Source: an uncultured Candidatus Saccharibacteria bacterium
GTDB lineage: Bacteria; Patescibacteriota; Minisyncoccia; Phycocordibacterales; UBA9973
Length of the DNA stretch: 45,683 nt
Assembly (NCBI GenBank): GCA_964618365.1
Contig: CAZUAA010000002.1
Location: forward strand, 8,084 to 53,766
Direction: 5' to 3'
Below are positions 18,296-27,692 of the stretch, piece by piece (the first letter of the stretch is position 1; every line of letters begins with the position of its first letter). The notes under the pieces were generated by a model. The model was given only the letters and a program-made list of their open reading frames with translations, was not told the origin of the DNA and did no database searches. The position numbers and the translations under genes were made by a program.

Positions 18296-19477
18296 TTATC
18301 TCACAACCCCACCCCCCAGGCAAATATCTCCATCATAAATTACTATTGACTGACCACTATCCACCAAAACATTTCTAGTAAACTCTACTTCTGCACAAGT
18401 TGGACTTGTGCAAGATTTTATTTTACAATCAAGCAATTCTCCATGATATCTGATTTGGCATTTATAATTTTTATTCATTTCGGGTTCAATAATCCAATTT
18501 GTATTTATAAGATTAACTATACTCCCACTATTATTCCCACCAGTCGGACTGGTGGCCAGTCCCAAGCCTTGCTTGGGACTAACGTTGATAGTATTGTTCT
18601 TTATATCCTTTGAAATTACATATAAAGGTTTATTATTGTCTTCATTTTTAAAGATTTTAAATCCATGTCTTTCTCCTAGAGTAAAAAATACTGCTCCGTC
18701 ATGAGAACCGATAGTATTCCCTTCTTCGTCTAACAGGTCACCACTCTTTTTCTCTAAATAATGATTAAGAAAATCTTTCATATCAAGTGGAGCCAAGAAG
18801 CAAACCCCCTGGCTATCTTTCTTTTCTGCAACAGGAATTTTGTATTTCAAAGCTTTCCTCCTTACTTCTTTTTTATCTAAATGTCCAATAGGAAAAAGTG
18901 TATGCTCTAAATCTTCTTGCTTTAAAGTCCAAAGAAAATAGGATTGATCTTTTGATAAATCTGGGGATTTCTTAAGCCGAGAATAAATGTTCTTTTTAGA
19001 GTGGTCTGGCACCGGCTCCCGTCCCCCTCGTCCGAGGACCCGAGAAAAAGAATATTTCTTCTCGGCTTTTAATGAAGATGAATTTTTTTCACATACCGCA
19101 TAATGTCCTGTCGCAATATAATCCGCCCCATGCTTTTTAGCAAAGTCCCAAAAAACTCCAAACTTCACTTCACGATTACACATAACATCTGGATTTGGAG
19201 TTCTCCCTTTTTTATATTCTTCTATCATATAATCTGCTACTCCTTTTTTATAAGCTTCTTCTGCATCACACTCCAAAAAAGGTATCCCTAGATGTGCACA
19301 GACTCTCATCGCATCTCGCCTTTCATCACGCCAAGTGCACTCTATAAAATCCGGAGTCCATGTACGAATAAAAACCCCAACGACATTATATCCTTGGTCT
19401 TTAAGTAGAGAGGCCGATACAGAAGAATCAACTCCACCCGATACTCCCACAAATACAGTTTTTATTTCCTTTCCCAT
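18296..19477 (-). CDS. mnmA: tRNA 2-thiouridine(34) synthase MnmA, with GC-rich in-frame insertions.
   Basis: PP-loop VGVSGGVDSSV, plus GRTPNPDV.CN, ATGHYA and KDQSYFLW. I prefer the start MGKEIKTVF at 19477. Confidence 0.9.
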   Translation of the reverse strand: MGKEIKTVFVGVSGGVDSSVSASLLKDQGYNVVGVFIRTWTPDFIECTWRDERRDAMRVCAHLGIPFLECDAEEAYKKGVADYMIEEYKKGRTPNPDVMCNREVKFGVFWDFAKKHGADYIATGHYAVCEKNSSSLKAEKKYSFSRVLGRGGREPVPDHSKKNIYSRLKKSPDLSKDQSYFLWTLKQEDLEHTLFPIGHLDKKEVRRKALKYKIPVAEKKDSQGVCFLAPLDMKDFLNHYLEKKSGDLLDEEGNTIGSHDGAVFFTLGERHGFKIFKNEDNNKPLYVISKDIKNNTINVSPKQGLGLATSPTGGNNSGSIVNLINTNWIIEPEMNKNYKCQIRYHGELLDCKIKSCTSPTCAEVEFTRNVLVDSGQSIVIYDGDICLGGGVVR

Positions 19478-20343
19478 CTTGCAAATATACCACAAGGTAG
19501 TAATCTATCACTATTTGATTCTTTAATAGCAAGCTCGCCCCCTTCTATTTTACCACCAAATTTATTTTGTATTTCTTTTAAATTATTCTCGTAAACAATA
19601 GATGAATACCCCGCTGTATATCCATTTATAAGGACAAAAAGTGGATCATCTGATAAGACATTATCACACAAATCCATCAATTCTAAAAAGTTTTCTTCTA
19701 TCTTCCAAAGTTCGTCTTTTGGACCATGACCAAAAGATGGTGGGTCCATTATTATACAATCATATTTATTTCCTCTTTTAATTTCCCTTTTAAGAAAAGT
19801 CACGACATCTTCTATAAGCCACCTAATAGGTGCGTCTTTGAATCCATTTAATTCTGCATTCTCCCTAGCCCAAGTGACTGCCTGTTTTGAAGAATCTACA
19901 TGGCAAACTTCTGCCCCCGAGGATGCACAAGCAAGAGTCGCCCCACCAGTATATGCAAAAAGATTTAGAACTTTTATTTTTCTATTTTGTTTTTTTATTA
20001 AATTTTCCATCCATTCCCAATTCAAAAGTTGCTCTGGAAAAATACCAATATGTTTAAAAGAAGTTGGTTTAATTGTAAAATTAAAATTTCCAAAATTAAT
20101 TTTCCAATCTTTTGAAACACCATTTTTTATAATCCATCGTGACTGCGCACGCAGGTTAGTTTTATTACCACTACGCTCAAATAAAAGACTAGCTTTACTC
20201 CACTCTTTTTTATCTAAATTTTTTTTCCACAAAGCTTCAGGATCTGGGCGAGACATTACAAAACTTCCATATCTTTCTAATTTCTCACCATTTCCAGAAT
20301 CTATAAGCTCATAATCTTTTTGTTTTTCTAATTTTAAAATCAT
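19462..20343 (-). CDS. Class I SAM-dependent (RlmI/YwbD-like) RNA methyltransferase.
   Basis: VLNLFAYTGGATLA (motif I), HVDSS and IIMDPPSFG (motif IV). Confidence 0.85.
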   Translation of the reverse strand: MILKLEKQKDYELIDSGNGEKLERYGSFVMSRPDPEALWKKNLDKKEWSKASLLFERSGNKTNLRAQSRWIIKNGVSKDWKINFGNFNFTIKPTSFKHIGIFPEQLLNWEWMENLIKKQNRKIKVLNLFAYTGGATLACASSGAEVCHVDSSKQAVTWARENAELNGFKDAPIRWLIEDVVTFLKREIKRGNKYDCIIMDPPSFGHGPKDELWKIEENFLELMDLCDNVLSDDPLFVLINGYTAGYSSIVYENNLKEIQNKFGGKIEGGELAIKESNSDRLLPCGIFARWERK

Positions 20344-20376
20344 AATTGTATCGCCGTAGTTTTATACGAAGGCGTA

Positions 20377-21288
20377 TTATTTTAGATATCTATTAATGTT
20401 TAATTTATGCTCATCATAATTTTTAGCAAAATACACTCTACCACTATCATCATGTAAATAATAAAGATAAGATGAATCTTTAGGGTTAAGTGAAGCAATT
20501 ATAGAATCAATTCCGGGATTACAAATCGGTTCGTCCGGTAATCCTTTTTCTTTATAAGTATTCCTATCAACATCAACTTGAAGTGGCATACCTATGTCAA
20601 ATCTTTTCCAAAGTATACCTGAAATTATTTCTCTATCACCCCTCCCGTTTGACTCAAGCTCTATAATAGAAGCCATAATTATTATGTCTTCTAAATTTCT
20701 TTTACTATTTTCTATGTCTCCTTTTATTTTATTTGTTTTATTTTTAAAATTATCATTCATTTCTTTTATAATCTCATCATAAGTAGTTAAAGGGAAAAAG
20801 AAATAAGTATCTGGGAATAAATATCCCTCTAAATCATTACTGTTTTGCAAAAATAAATCTTTTCTAAATTCTGGTAATTTATCAGCAAAAATATTTGCCA
20901 TCTCCTCGTTCGTAAGACCTTCTCTTAAAGTAATTTTAATAGGCTCAATATTGTGTTTGGCTTTATATAATTGAAATGCAACAGAAAAAGCATTAGTACC
21001 TTTTTCAAATTTATAATCTCCCCTTTTAATATCTAAACTTAAAGAAAAAACTCTCGCAATAATGTAAAAAACATCTTTATCTCTTATTACTTTTTTAACT
21101 TCTAATTCACTAGAGATGATCTTTAGATTATCTTCACTTGAAATATGAATGACAACATCTTTATTATTAAATGGGGCTGAGAATAGATAATAAGATACTA
21201 TAATCAAAATAGAAACGGAAAAAAATATATTAAGAAATGTAAAAAGTTTTTTCTTTTTTTGTTTATTTATATAAATAGTTTCTTCCAT
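20377..21288 (-). CDS. mltG: Endolytic transglycosylase MltG (YceG-like).
   Basis: N-terminal TM helix, then the YceG core: LREGLT.EEM, EGYLFPDTY, ASIIE.E, NTY...GLP..PI.NPG. Confidence 0.85.
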   Translation of the reverse strand: MEETIYINKQKKKKLFTFLNIFFSVSILIIVSYYLFSAPFNNKDVVIHISSEDNLKIISSELEVKKVIRDKDVFYIIARVFSLSLDIKRGDYKFEKGTNAFSVAFQLYKAKHNIEPIKITLREGLTNEEMANIFADKLPEFRKDLFLQNSNDLEGYLFPDTYFFFPLTTYDEIIKEMNDNFKNKTNKIKGDIENSKRNLEDIIIMASIIELESNGRGDREIISGILWKRFDIGMPLQVDVDRNTYKEKGLPDEPICNPGIDSIIASLNPKDSSYLYYLHDDSGRVYFAKNYDEHKLNINRYLK

Positions 21289-21294
21289 ATATCA

Positions 21295-22596
21295 TTATAC
21301 AGGCAAATTTGAAGGTGGTTTTGCAATCTTTGTCTCGACTCTCTTGAAGCTTGGAGTTTCTGAAACCATACCAGGGAAGTGATATAATGTTGCAAGTTCT
21401 TCTACCGAAAGTACAAAAAGTTGCGGCTTACCTGAGGGGAAAAACATAGATAAAACTGGAGGATATTTCAAGTTATATTGAAGAGGTGGATGAAAGAAAA
21501 CTCGAAGCCTATAAAAATCAAGCATTCTTTTTTTAATTTTTGTAAGAGCAAGACCAGTAGGATCAGACCATGGAGCATCAAACTGAGTAGCATTTAGACG
21601 CCAAAGTTCATTTATACCAGGCTGAGCAAATTGTCTAAACATAAGTCTAGAAGATCTTCGAAGATTATTAAAAGCATCATCAGAATGTAGCTTCTTGTCG
21701 GCTAAGGTTACGAGCCTAATACCACAATCAAAATGTATTTGATTTTGAGTATCAGTAATTGCTTTAATTACAGGCCTATATTGCTCAGGGACATTTATCT
21801 GTTTACCAAATGTACCGATGATATTATCATTCTTCTGAGTACGAGTATAAGGAGCTAAAAGCTTTTCAATATATTCATTTGCTGCTTCAGCAAAAGTTAT
21901 ATGCCCACCCTTGGCATGGCTATGATATCTGATAGTATTTTGCCTTATAATTATTTGTATCCAAACCTGCTGACCTTTTGGAAGAGAACCTAGATATTCA
22001 ATAATAGGAGTAATGGGATCAATCTTATACTCTTCTTTTACTCCTGTTTTCATATCATCCCCAAAATTTTTATATGTCCTAATCGGAAGGAAATCTTCTT
22101 TTCTTTTAGCAAATTCACAACCCCATGTATTCCATTCCCCATCTTTCTTGTATTGTGGAATATCAAAAACATAGTCATCAACTTCGACAACCTTGGCCTG
22201 AGGGTATTGAGCATATATTTGAGTTTCAACCAAATCACGTATACGAGTCGGTGTCCTTATGTAGAAATGAACCTTTCCATCTATAGAAGCAATCTCAAGA
22301 GAAAACCAAAGCCAAGGAGCACCAATAATGTATTCTTCCCAAAAGCCTTTAAAACTTTGATGATAAAATGCATTAGAAAATATAAGCTCCATAGCTGCTG
22401 GACTTTTTATAACCTCTCTGGGAACTTGAATTTCAAGTAAAACCCATTTAATACCCATTATAAATCTATCCTGTCTATAGTCATGCCACAGATGAAAAGC
22501 CAAAAAAGCAAGGGGTATCGGCATAAGATAACCTACTGCAACTAAAAGAAATTGTATTAAATTAAAACTATGAGTTGCAAAAAATTGTTCAAGCAT
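21295..22596 (-). CDS. Conserved-looking membrane protein of unknown function (433 aa).
   Basis: One or two N-terminal TM helices, then LLEIQVPREVIKSPAAMELIF...FSLEIASIDGKVHFYIRTP...IYAQYPQAKV. I cannot name a family with confidence. Confidence 0.7.
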   Translation of the reverse strand: MLEQFFATHSFNLIQFLLVAVGYLMPIPLAFLAFHLWHDYRQDRFIMGIKWVLLEIQVPREVIKSPAAMELIFSNAFYHQSFKGFWEEYIIGAPWLWFSLEIASIDGKVHFYIRTPTRIRDLVETQIYAQYPQAKVVEVDDYVFDIPQYKKDGEWNTWGCEFAKRKEDFLPIRTYKNFGDDMKTGVKEEYKIDPITPIIEYLGSLPKGQQVWIQIIIRQNTIRYHSHAKGGHITFAEAANEYIEKLLAPYTRTQKNDNIIGTFGKQINVPEQYRPVIKAITDTQNQIHFDCGIRLVTLADKKLHSDDAFNNLRRSSRLMFRQFAQPGINELWRLNATQFDAPWSDPTGLALTKIKKRMLDFYRLRVFFHPPLQYNLKYPPVLSMFFPSGKPQLFVLSVEELATLYHFPGMVSETPSFKRVETKIAKPPSNLPV

Positions 22597-22602
22597 AATA
22601 AA

Positions 22603-22692
22603 TTATCTTGCATTAAAATAACCAATAAGTATAGCTACAAAAATCAATCCTAATATTATAAAAATAATATTTATTATCCCCTTTTTATACAT
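22603..22692 (-). CDS. Possible 29-aa single-TM peptide.
   Basis: Hand-translated MYKKGIINIIFIILGLIFVAILIGYFNAR. TGATATAAT lies 8 nt upstream of the ATG, just downstream of the terminator at 22721-22750. Confidence 0.35.
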   Translation of the reverse strand: MYKKGIINIIFIILGLIFVAILIGYFNAR

Positions 22693-22700
22693 ACTTGTAT

Positions 22701-22709
22701 ATTATATCA
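22701..22709 (-). promoter_or_regulatory. Extended -10 (TGATATAAT), 8 nt before ATG 22692.
   Basis: Reverse complement of attatatca, immediately after the terminator at 22721-22750. Confidence 0.5.
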
Positions 22710-22720
22710 TAAAATAAAAG

Positions 22721-22750
22721 AAAAAACTCGCCAAAGGAAAATTTGGCGAG
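22721..22750 (-). terminator. Rho-independent terminator after the sigma-r4/HARE-HTH gene.
   Basis: CTCGCCAAA/TTTGGCGAG stem followed by a T run on the minus strand. Confidence 0.75.
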
Positions 22751-22774
22751 GTGGAAAACTATATTTAAGATAAT

Positions 22775-23806
22775 TTATACAGCTGTGTATAGTCCAGTTT
22801 TATTTTTCTTGAAAAATTTTGAATTTTGTAAATTTACAAGGATTGTATTCTTCTTTAAATATCTTTCTTTCATAACTTGCTCCACGATATCTTCTTTACT
22901 CATAGGCCCATTCTTCTTAAGTAGTTCTTTTATAACATCCTTAACTACACCTCTCTTATATCCCCATTCAGATAAAGCATAAATACCTCTTCCAACAAGA
23001 ACAAATCTATTATCTTTTATAAGTTCATTGTGGCATGTAGCAGTGTGGCATTTCTTTGTGAAAGTATCAGCAATAGCTTTTGCAACTTCTCTAAAGTGCA
23101 TAGGGCTACCGTGCTTGCGCATCATAAGGAAGGCGTAGTCTTTTATTCCTCTTGTTTTAATAGAAGAAGAATTTGATTTACCCCATTCTCCGAGAGGATT
23201 TTTGGAAAGAGTTTTGGACATACCAAGCCATCTTCTTGCGATTTCTTCATTTTTATATTCTTCTGCAAGTTCTTTAACTTCTTCTAAAAATCTTGTGACA
23301 AGTTCTCCCTCAGGAACAAGCTCATCATCTGAAAGATTTTCAAAAAGATTTTTTAATGATTTGTGAATTTTCTCTGAAATACTAGGATCAACACTCCATC
23401 TTGCTTTAAAATGTTCGTCTTCTTTATGTTTAGTAAAATCATCACTGAGGGTAAGATAAAGATGAATATGATTTTGAGTAAGTCTATCTTTAGAAAAATG
23501 ATCAAGTAAGTCTTTTTCAGAAACAAGTGCACCTAAAGAATGCATAACTTTTTTTAATTCATCAAAAACAGCTTTCTCGGATTTGAATGCGTCAGATTTT
23601 CTTATCATTGACAAAGCAACATTCTCAATCTGACGGACTCTCTCACGGGTAATACCATACTTTTTACCAATGGCTTCTAATGTTTTTCTTTCAGCATCTG
23701 CTCCTATACCGAATCTATCAACAATAACCTCGTATGCTCGAGGTGGTAATTCGGAAAGAATATGTTTGGTAATTTGTTTTGGTTTAAACGTAAGAATATT
23801 AGCCAT
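22775..23806 (-). CDS. Sigma-70 region-4-like HTH protein with a C-terminal HARE-HTH-like domain.
   Basis: The N-terminus RAYEVIVDRFGIG...KTLEAIGKKYGITRERVRQIENVAL matches the sigma70 region 4 pattern. The C-terminus PMHFREVAKAI...HNELIKDNRFVLVGRGIYALSEWGY looks like HARE-HTH. Confidence 0.75.
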   Translation of the reverse strand: MANILTFKPKQITKHILSELPPRAYEVIVDRFGIGADAERKTLEAIGKKYGITRERVRQIENVALSMIRKSDAFKSEKAVFDELKKVMHSLGALVSEKDLLDHFSKDRLTQNHIHLYLTLSDDFTKHKEDEHFKARWSVDPSISEKIHKSLKNLFENLSDDELVPEGELVTRFLEEVKELAEEYKNEEIARRWLGMSKTLSKNPLGEWGKSNSSSIKTRGIKDYAFLMMRKHGSPMHFREVAKAIADTFTKKCHTATCHNELIKDNRFVLVGRGIYALSEWGYKRGVVKDVIKELLKKNGPMSKEDIVEQVMKERYLKKNTILVNLQNSKFFKKNKTGLYTAV

Positions 23807-23915
23807 TTGATTTAAAAATTAAATAATAAATATTTTCAAGTTTTATCATAATATCATTACTATCAAATAAAGTCAACTAATCTAAAATAATATAATTTAT
23901 CCTTATAAAATAAGC

Positions 23916-25739
23916 TTATTTTTTAGAGGAAGATTTGGCTTTTGCTCTATCTGCTTCTGTTAATAACTTTTTTCTTAATCTTACACTCTTTGGAGTTATC
24001 TCTAAATACTCATCATCTGCCATAATTTCTAAGCCTCTCTCAATAGACAATCTATAGGGTGGTTTTACATTAATAGCTTCATCAGATCCGGATGCTCTCA
24101 TATTACTTAACTGTTTACCCTTTGTTGGATTCACAGCCATTTCATCTCCTTTTGTGACATTCCCCACTACCATACCTTCATATATTTCATCTCCATGCTC
24201 TACATAAAGCAATCCTCTTTCTTGTAAAGTCCAAAGAGAAAAAGCGGCAACTTTACCATTGACCATAGAAGTCATTGAACCTACATCTCTCTTTTTAATT
24301 TCACCTGCATAATTTTTAAATCCGATAAATCTAGATGCGAGTATTCCTTCACCTTTTGTATCAACTACGAATTGACCTCTATATCCGAGTAATCCCCTTG
24401 TTGGCATTTCCATCAAAATTCTAACTATTCCGTCTTTTTCTGCCATATGAGTAATGAGACCTTTACGAGAAGTTAGCTTCTCTATCACAATGCCTGAAAC
24501 TTCACTCTTCACATCAATTGTGACCTCTTCATAAGGTTCTAATTTTTCTCCATTTTCTTCCTTTATGATTACATGGGGCTGAGAAACTTGAAGCTCATAA
24601 CCTTCTCTTCTCATATTTTCAAGAAGTATAGCAATATGGAGCTCACCTCTACCATAGACAAGATACCCTTCAACTTCTTCCTCTAAATCAGAATTATCAA
24701 AATTTATTCTAAGGCCAACATTTATTTCAAGTTCTTTCTCAAGTCTTTCTTTTATCTGTCTACTTGTTACAAATTTACCTTCACGCCCTGCAAAAGGAGA
24801 ATTATTCACCAAAAAATTCAAAGATATTGTTGGCTCATCTATGGCAATAGATGGTAGGACTTCTGTTTTTTCATTATCACAAAGAGTCTCTCCAATATAA
24901 ACATCAGGGATTCCAGCAATAATCGCAATATCTCCAGCATTTAAAATTTCTACCTCTTTTCTTTTAAGACCTTCAAAAGTAAACATTTTTGTTATTTTTG
25001 AGTTTCTAGAATTACCATCTTTGTCTTTTACAATAATCTGGGATCCAGTTTTTACTGATCCTCCATAAGCTCTGACGATAGCTAACCTCCCTAAGAAATT
25101 ATCATAGCCTAGATTAAATACTTGCGATTGAAAAGGGTTGTCTATACCGCCACTTGCTTCTCTAACTTCTTCAAGTACTAAGTCTAAAAGAGGAGTAAGA
25201 TCGTTTGATTTTTTATTATGAAAATCTTCCAATGTTTTAAAAGCTTTACCTTCACGTCCGATAGCATAAATAGTTTTAAAATCAATTTGCTCTTCAGAAG
25301 CACCTAGCTCCAAAAAAAGTTCAAGGACTTCTTCGTGTACACGATCTGGATTTGAAGCTGGTTTATCTATTTTATTTATAACAACGATTGGTTTAAGTCC
25401 AAGTTCCAGAGACTTTTTTAATACGAAACGAGTTTGAGGCATAGGACCTTCTTGAGCATCTACGAGAAGAAGAACTGAGTCAATAGCACGCAGTACTCGC
25501 TCTACTTCAGATCCAAAATCAGCGTGCCCTGGAGTATCCACGATATTTATTTTAGTACCTTTATAATTAACAGAAGTATTTTTAGAATATATAGTAATTC
25601 CACGCTCTTGTTCTAGAGCGTTTGAATCCATAGATACACCTTCTTCTACTACCATTCCACACTGCTTCATAAGCTCATCTGTAAGAGTAGTCTTGCCATG
25701 GTCCACGTGTGCTATTATCGCTATATTTCTAATTTCCAT
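23916..25739 (-). CDS. typA: Translational GTPase TypA/BipA.
   Basis: [29 protein letters not shown] and the full EF-G-like domain order. Confidence 0.95.
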   Translation of the reverse strand: MEIRNIAIIAHVDHGKTTLTDELMKQCGMVVEEGVSMDSNALEQERGITIYSKNTSVNYKGTKINIVDTPGHADFGSEVERVLRAIDSVLLLVDAQEGPMPQTRFVLKKSLELGLKPIVVINKIDKPASNPDRVHEEVLELFLELGASEEQIDFKTIYAIGREGKAFKTLEDFHNKKSNDLTPLLDLVLEEVREASGGIDNPFQSQVFNLGYDNFLGRLAIVRAYGGSVKTGSQIIVKDKDGNSRNSKITKMFTFEGLKRKEVEILNAGDIAIIAGIPDVYIGETLCDNEKTEVLPSIAIDEPTISLNFLVNNSPFAGREGKFVTSRQIKERLEKELEINVGLRINFDNSDLEEEVEGYLVYGRGELHIAILLENMRREGYELQVSQPHVIIKEENGEKLEPYEEVTIDVKSEVSGIVIEKLTSRKGLITHMAEKDGIVRILMEMPTRGLLGYRGQFVVDTKGEGILASRFIGFKNYAGEIKKRDVGSMTSMVNGKVAAFSLWTLQERGLLYVEHGDEIYEGMVVGNVTKGDEMAVNPTKGKQLSNMRASGSDEAINVKPPYRLSIERGLEIMADDEYLEITPKSVRLRKKLLTEADRAKAKSSSKK

Positions 25740-25763
25740 ATAATAATTTTTAATTTAATCTTC

Positions 25764-25789
25764 AATAAAAATATCCGCCGAAGCGAATA
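25764..25789 (-). terminator. Hairpin with a UUCG tetraloop and T run after rseP.
   Basis: Minus strand reads TATTCGC-TTCG-GCGGATA followed by TTTTTATT. Confidence 0.55.
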
Positions 25790-25831
25790 CTCTTATAATA
25801 ATATCATATATTTTATAATTTGTAAACTTTT

Positions 25832-26938
25832 TTAGAATAATTTCATTACATCATGAAAAGTTATTACAATCATAAGAAGCATAAGTATCCCAAATCCGAT
25901 GGTATTTACCCAATTTGCAATTTCTGGTTTAATTCTAGAGCCCTTTATTTTTTCTATAAGTAAAAAGAGTAGTCTTCCTCCATCAAGAGCTGGAAATGGT
26001 ATTAAATTTATCACTGCCAAATTTACAGAAATAAGTGCAGTAAATGAAAGTAAATATATAAACCCAAATTCTCTTGCATCCCCGACAACCCCAACTATCC
26101 CTACGGGGCCTGTAACGGCAGACATATCTGCTTTACCCAAAATCGCATCATGGATAAGATTGTAAAATCCTAAAACTGTTGCCCATGTTACATGACCTGT
26201 AAGCTTTAGTCCTTCCCAAAATGCTTTATGTATTGGTAAAGATAAAGTTCCGATAGTATCCATGCTAATGCCTATGATTTTATTATCACCTCCTTCTATT
26301 TTTTCTGGGGTTAATTTAATTATTTCTAATTCTTCTCCTCTTTTTACTGAAATAGTTATTTCATTATCATTATTTCTTTTTACAAATTCCTGGACATCAT
26401 AAGCAGAAATATTATCTGAAATTTTATTTACTAGTTTGTCACCACTTTCTAGAGAAATTATTTTATCGCCAACTTTCACCCCTGATTTCTCTGCAGGCGA
26501 AGATGCTACAATACTTGTCACTGTTAATGATTCGTTTTTTAAAGTCTCGCCATTTGGAACTGCCCCAGATGAAGTAGGAAGCCCTGACATAAGTCCAAAA
26601 GATAAAAGCACCCAAGCAACAAGTAAATTCATAAATACACCAGCAAAAAGCACCATAGCTTGGATATATTTTGGTTTATTTACAAAACTTCTATTTTTAT
26701 CTGGACCATTTATAGAGTCTTCATCTGGATTCTCTCCAAAAATTTTCACATATCCACCAAAAGGAATAAGATTAAAATTATAAGATGTTTCCCCCACTTT
26801 CTTACCAAAAAGTTTTGGTGGAAAACCAAAAGAAAATTCATCAACCCTGATCCCTGATTTTTTAGCGACGATAAAATGCCCAAATTCATGAGACAAAACC
26901 AATACAAGTAAAATTACTAAAAAAATTATTATGTTCAT
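25832..26938 (-). CDS. rseP: RIP metalloprotease RseP (site-2 protease, M50).
   Basis: HEFGHF zinc motif, a PDZ-like middle region, and NLIPFPALDGG. Confidence 0.9.
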   Translation of the reverse strand: MNIIIFLVILLVLVLSHEFGHFIVAKKSGIRVDEFSFGFPPKLFGKKVGETSYNFNLIPFGGYVKIFGENPDEDSINGPDKNRSFVNKPKYIQAMVLFAGVFMNLLVAWVLLSFGLMSGLPTSSGAVPNGETLKNESLTVTSIVASSPAEKSGVKVGDKIISLESGDKLVNKISDNISAYDVQEFVKRNNDNEITISVKRGEELEIIKLTPEKIEGGDNKIIGISMDTIGTLSLPIHKAFWEGLKLTGHVTWATVLGFYNLIHDAILGKADMSAVTGPVGIVGVVGDAREFGFIYLLSFTALISVNLAVINLIPFPALDGGRLLFLLIEKIKGSRIKPEIANWVNTIGFGILMLLMIVITFHDVMKLF

Positions 26939-26950
26939 AAAATAAATGTA

Positions 26951-27043
26951 ATAAATATTAAAATTTTACGAGTAGGTGTGGGCGCGCGCCTGAGCGAAGT
27001 ATGAGCGAGGGTAGGGATAAGCGAGTAAAATTTTAATATTTAT
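26951..27043. repeat. Perfect 19-bp AT-rich inverted repeat enclosing a 55-nt GC-rich core (intergenic, frr-rseP).
   Basis: Arms are 26951-26969 (ataaatattaaaattttac) and 27025-27043 (its reverse complement). The core is about 62% G+C by my count and contains GGCGCGCGCC and three AGCGA / TCGCTYA repeats. Confidence 0.7.
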
Positions 27044-27052
27044 GAAATGCTA

Positions 27053-27589
27053 TTAATTATTCATCAAATCTATCTCTTTCTTTTCAAAAATTGCTTCTAG
27101 ATTTTTATTGGTATCATCGACACATTTCTGGATTTCATCTTTAGCTCTTTTAGCTTCATCTTCAGGAAGATCTTCTGTAACATCTATCTCACTTTGCCTT
27201 TCTTTTCGGACAGAGATTCTAGCATCTTCCAATTTTTCTTTTAGAATCTTTACAAGCTTAGTTCTATTCTCTGTTGTAAGCATAGGAAAAATAACTCTGA
27301 CACCCTCACTATCTGAAACAACAGATAAACCTAAATTAGATGCAATTATTGAATTTTCAATAGCCTTTATTTGCGTTTTATCCCAAGGAGCGACTCTTAA
27401 AGTCTTTGAATCTTCTATACTTACACTTGCGATGTTTTTAATAGGCATCATAGAACCATAACTCTCTATATTTATAGAATCAAGTACCATAGGAGTCGCT
27501 CTACCTGTTTGCAGTGAAGAATACTCTTTAGAAAGCCATTCTTCTATCTTTTTTAATTCACTTTTAAAATTTGTTGTATTGTATGACAT
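27053..27589 (-). CDS. frr: Ribosome recycling factor.
   Basis: Typical Frr length and motifs (L..I.VE.YG...P....A.....D...L.V.PWD, R.IR). Confidence 0.95.
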   Translation of the reverse strand: MSYNTTNFKSELKKIEEWLSKEYSSLQTGRATPMVLDSINIESYGSMMPIKNIASVSIEDSKTLRVAPWDKTQIKAIENSIIASNLGLSVVSDSEGVRVIFPMLTTENRTKLVKILKEKLEDARISVRKERQSEIDVTEDLPEDEAKRAKDEIQKCVDDTNKNLEAIFEKKEIDLMNN

Positions 27590-27692
27590 AACTATTATTC
27601 TACACTAAAACAATAAATTTAAAAAGCGATAAACAAAAAAGGTCAGCTGTAAAATACATCTTTTATTTTAGAAAGTCAATAAATTTGTTATC

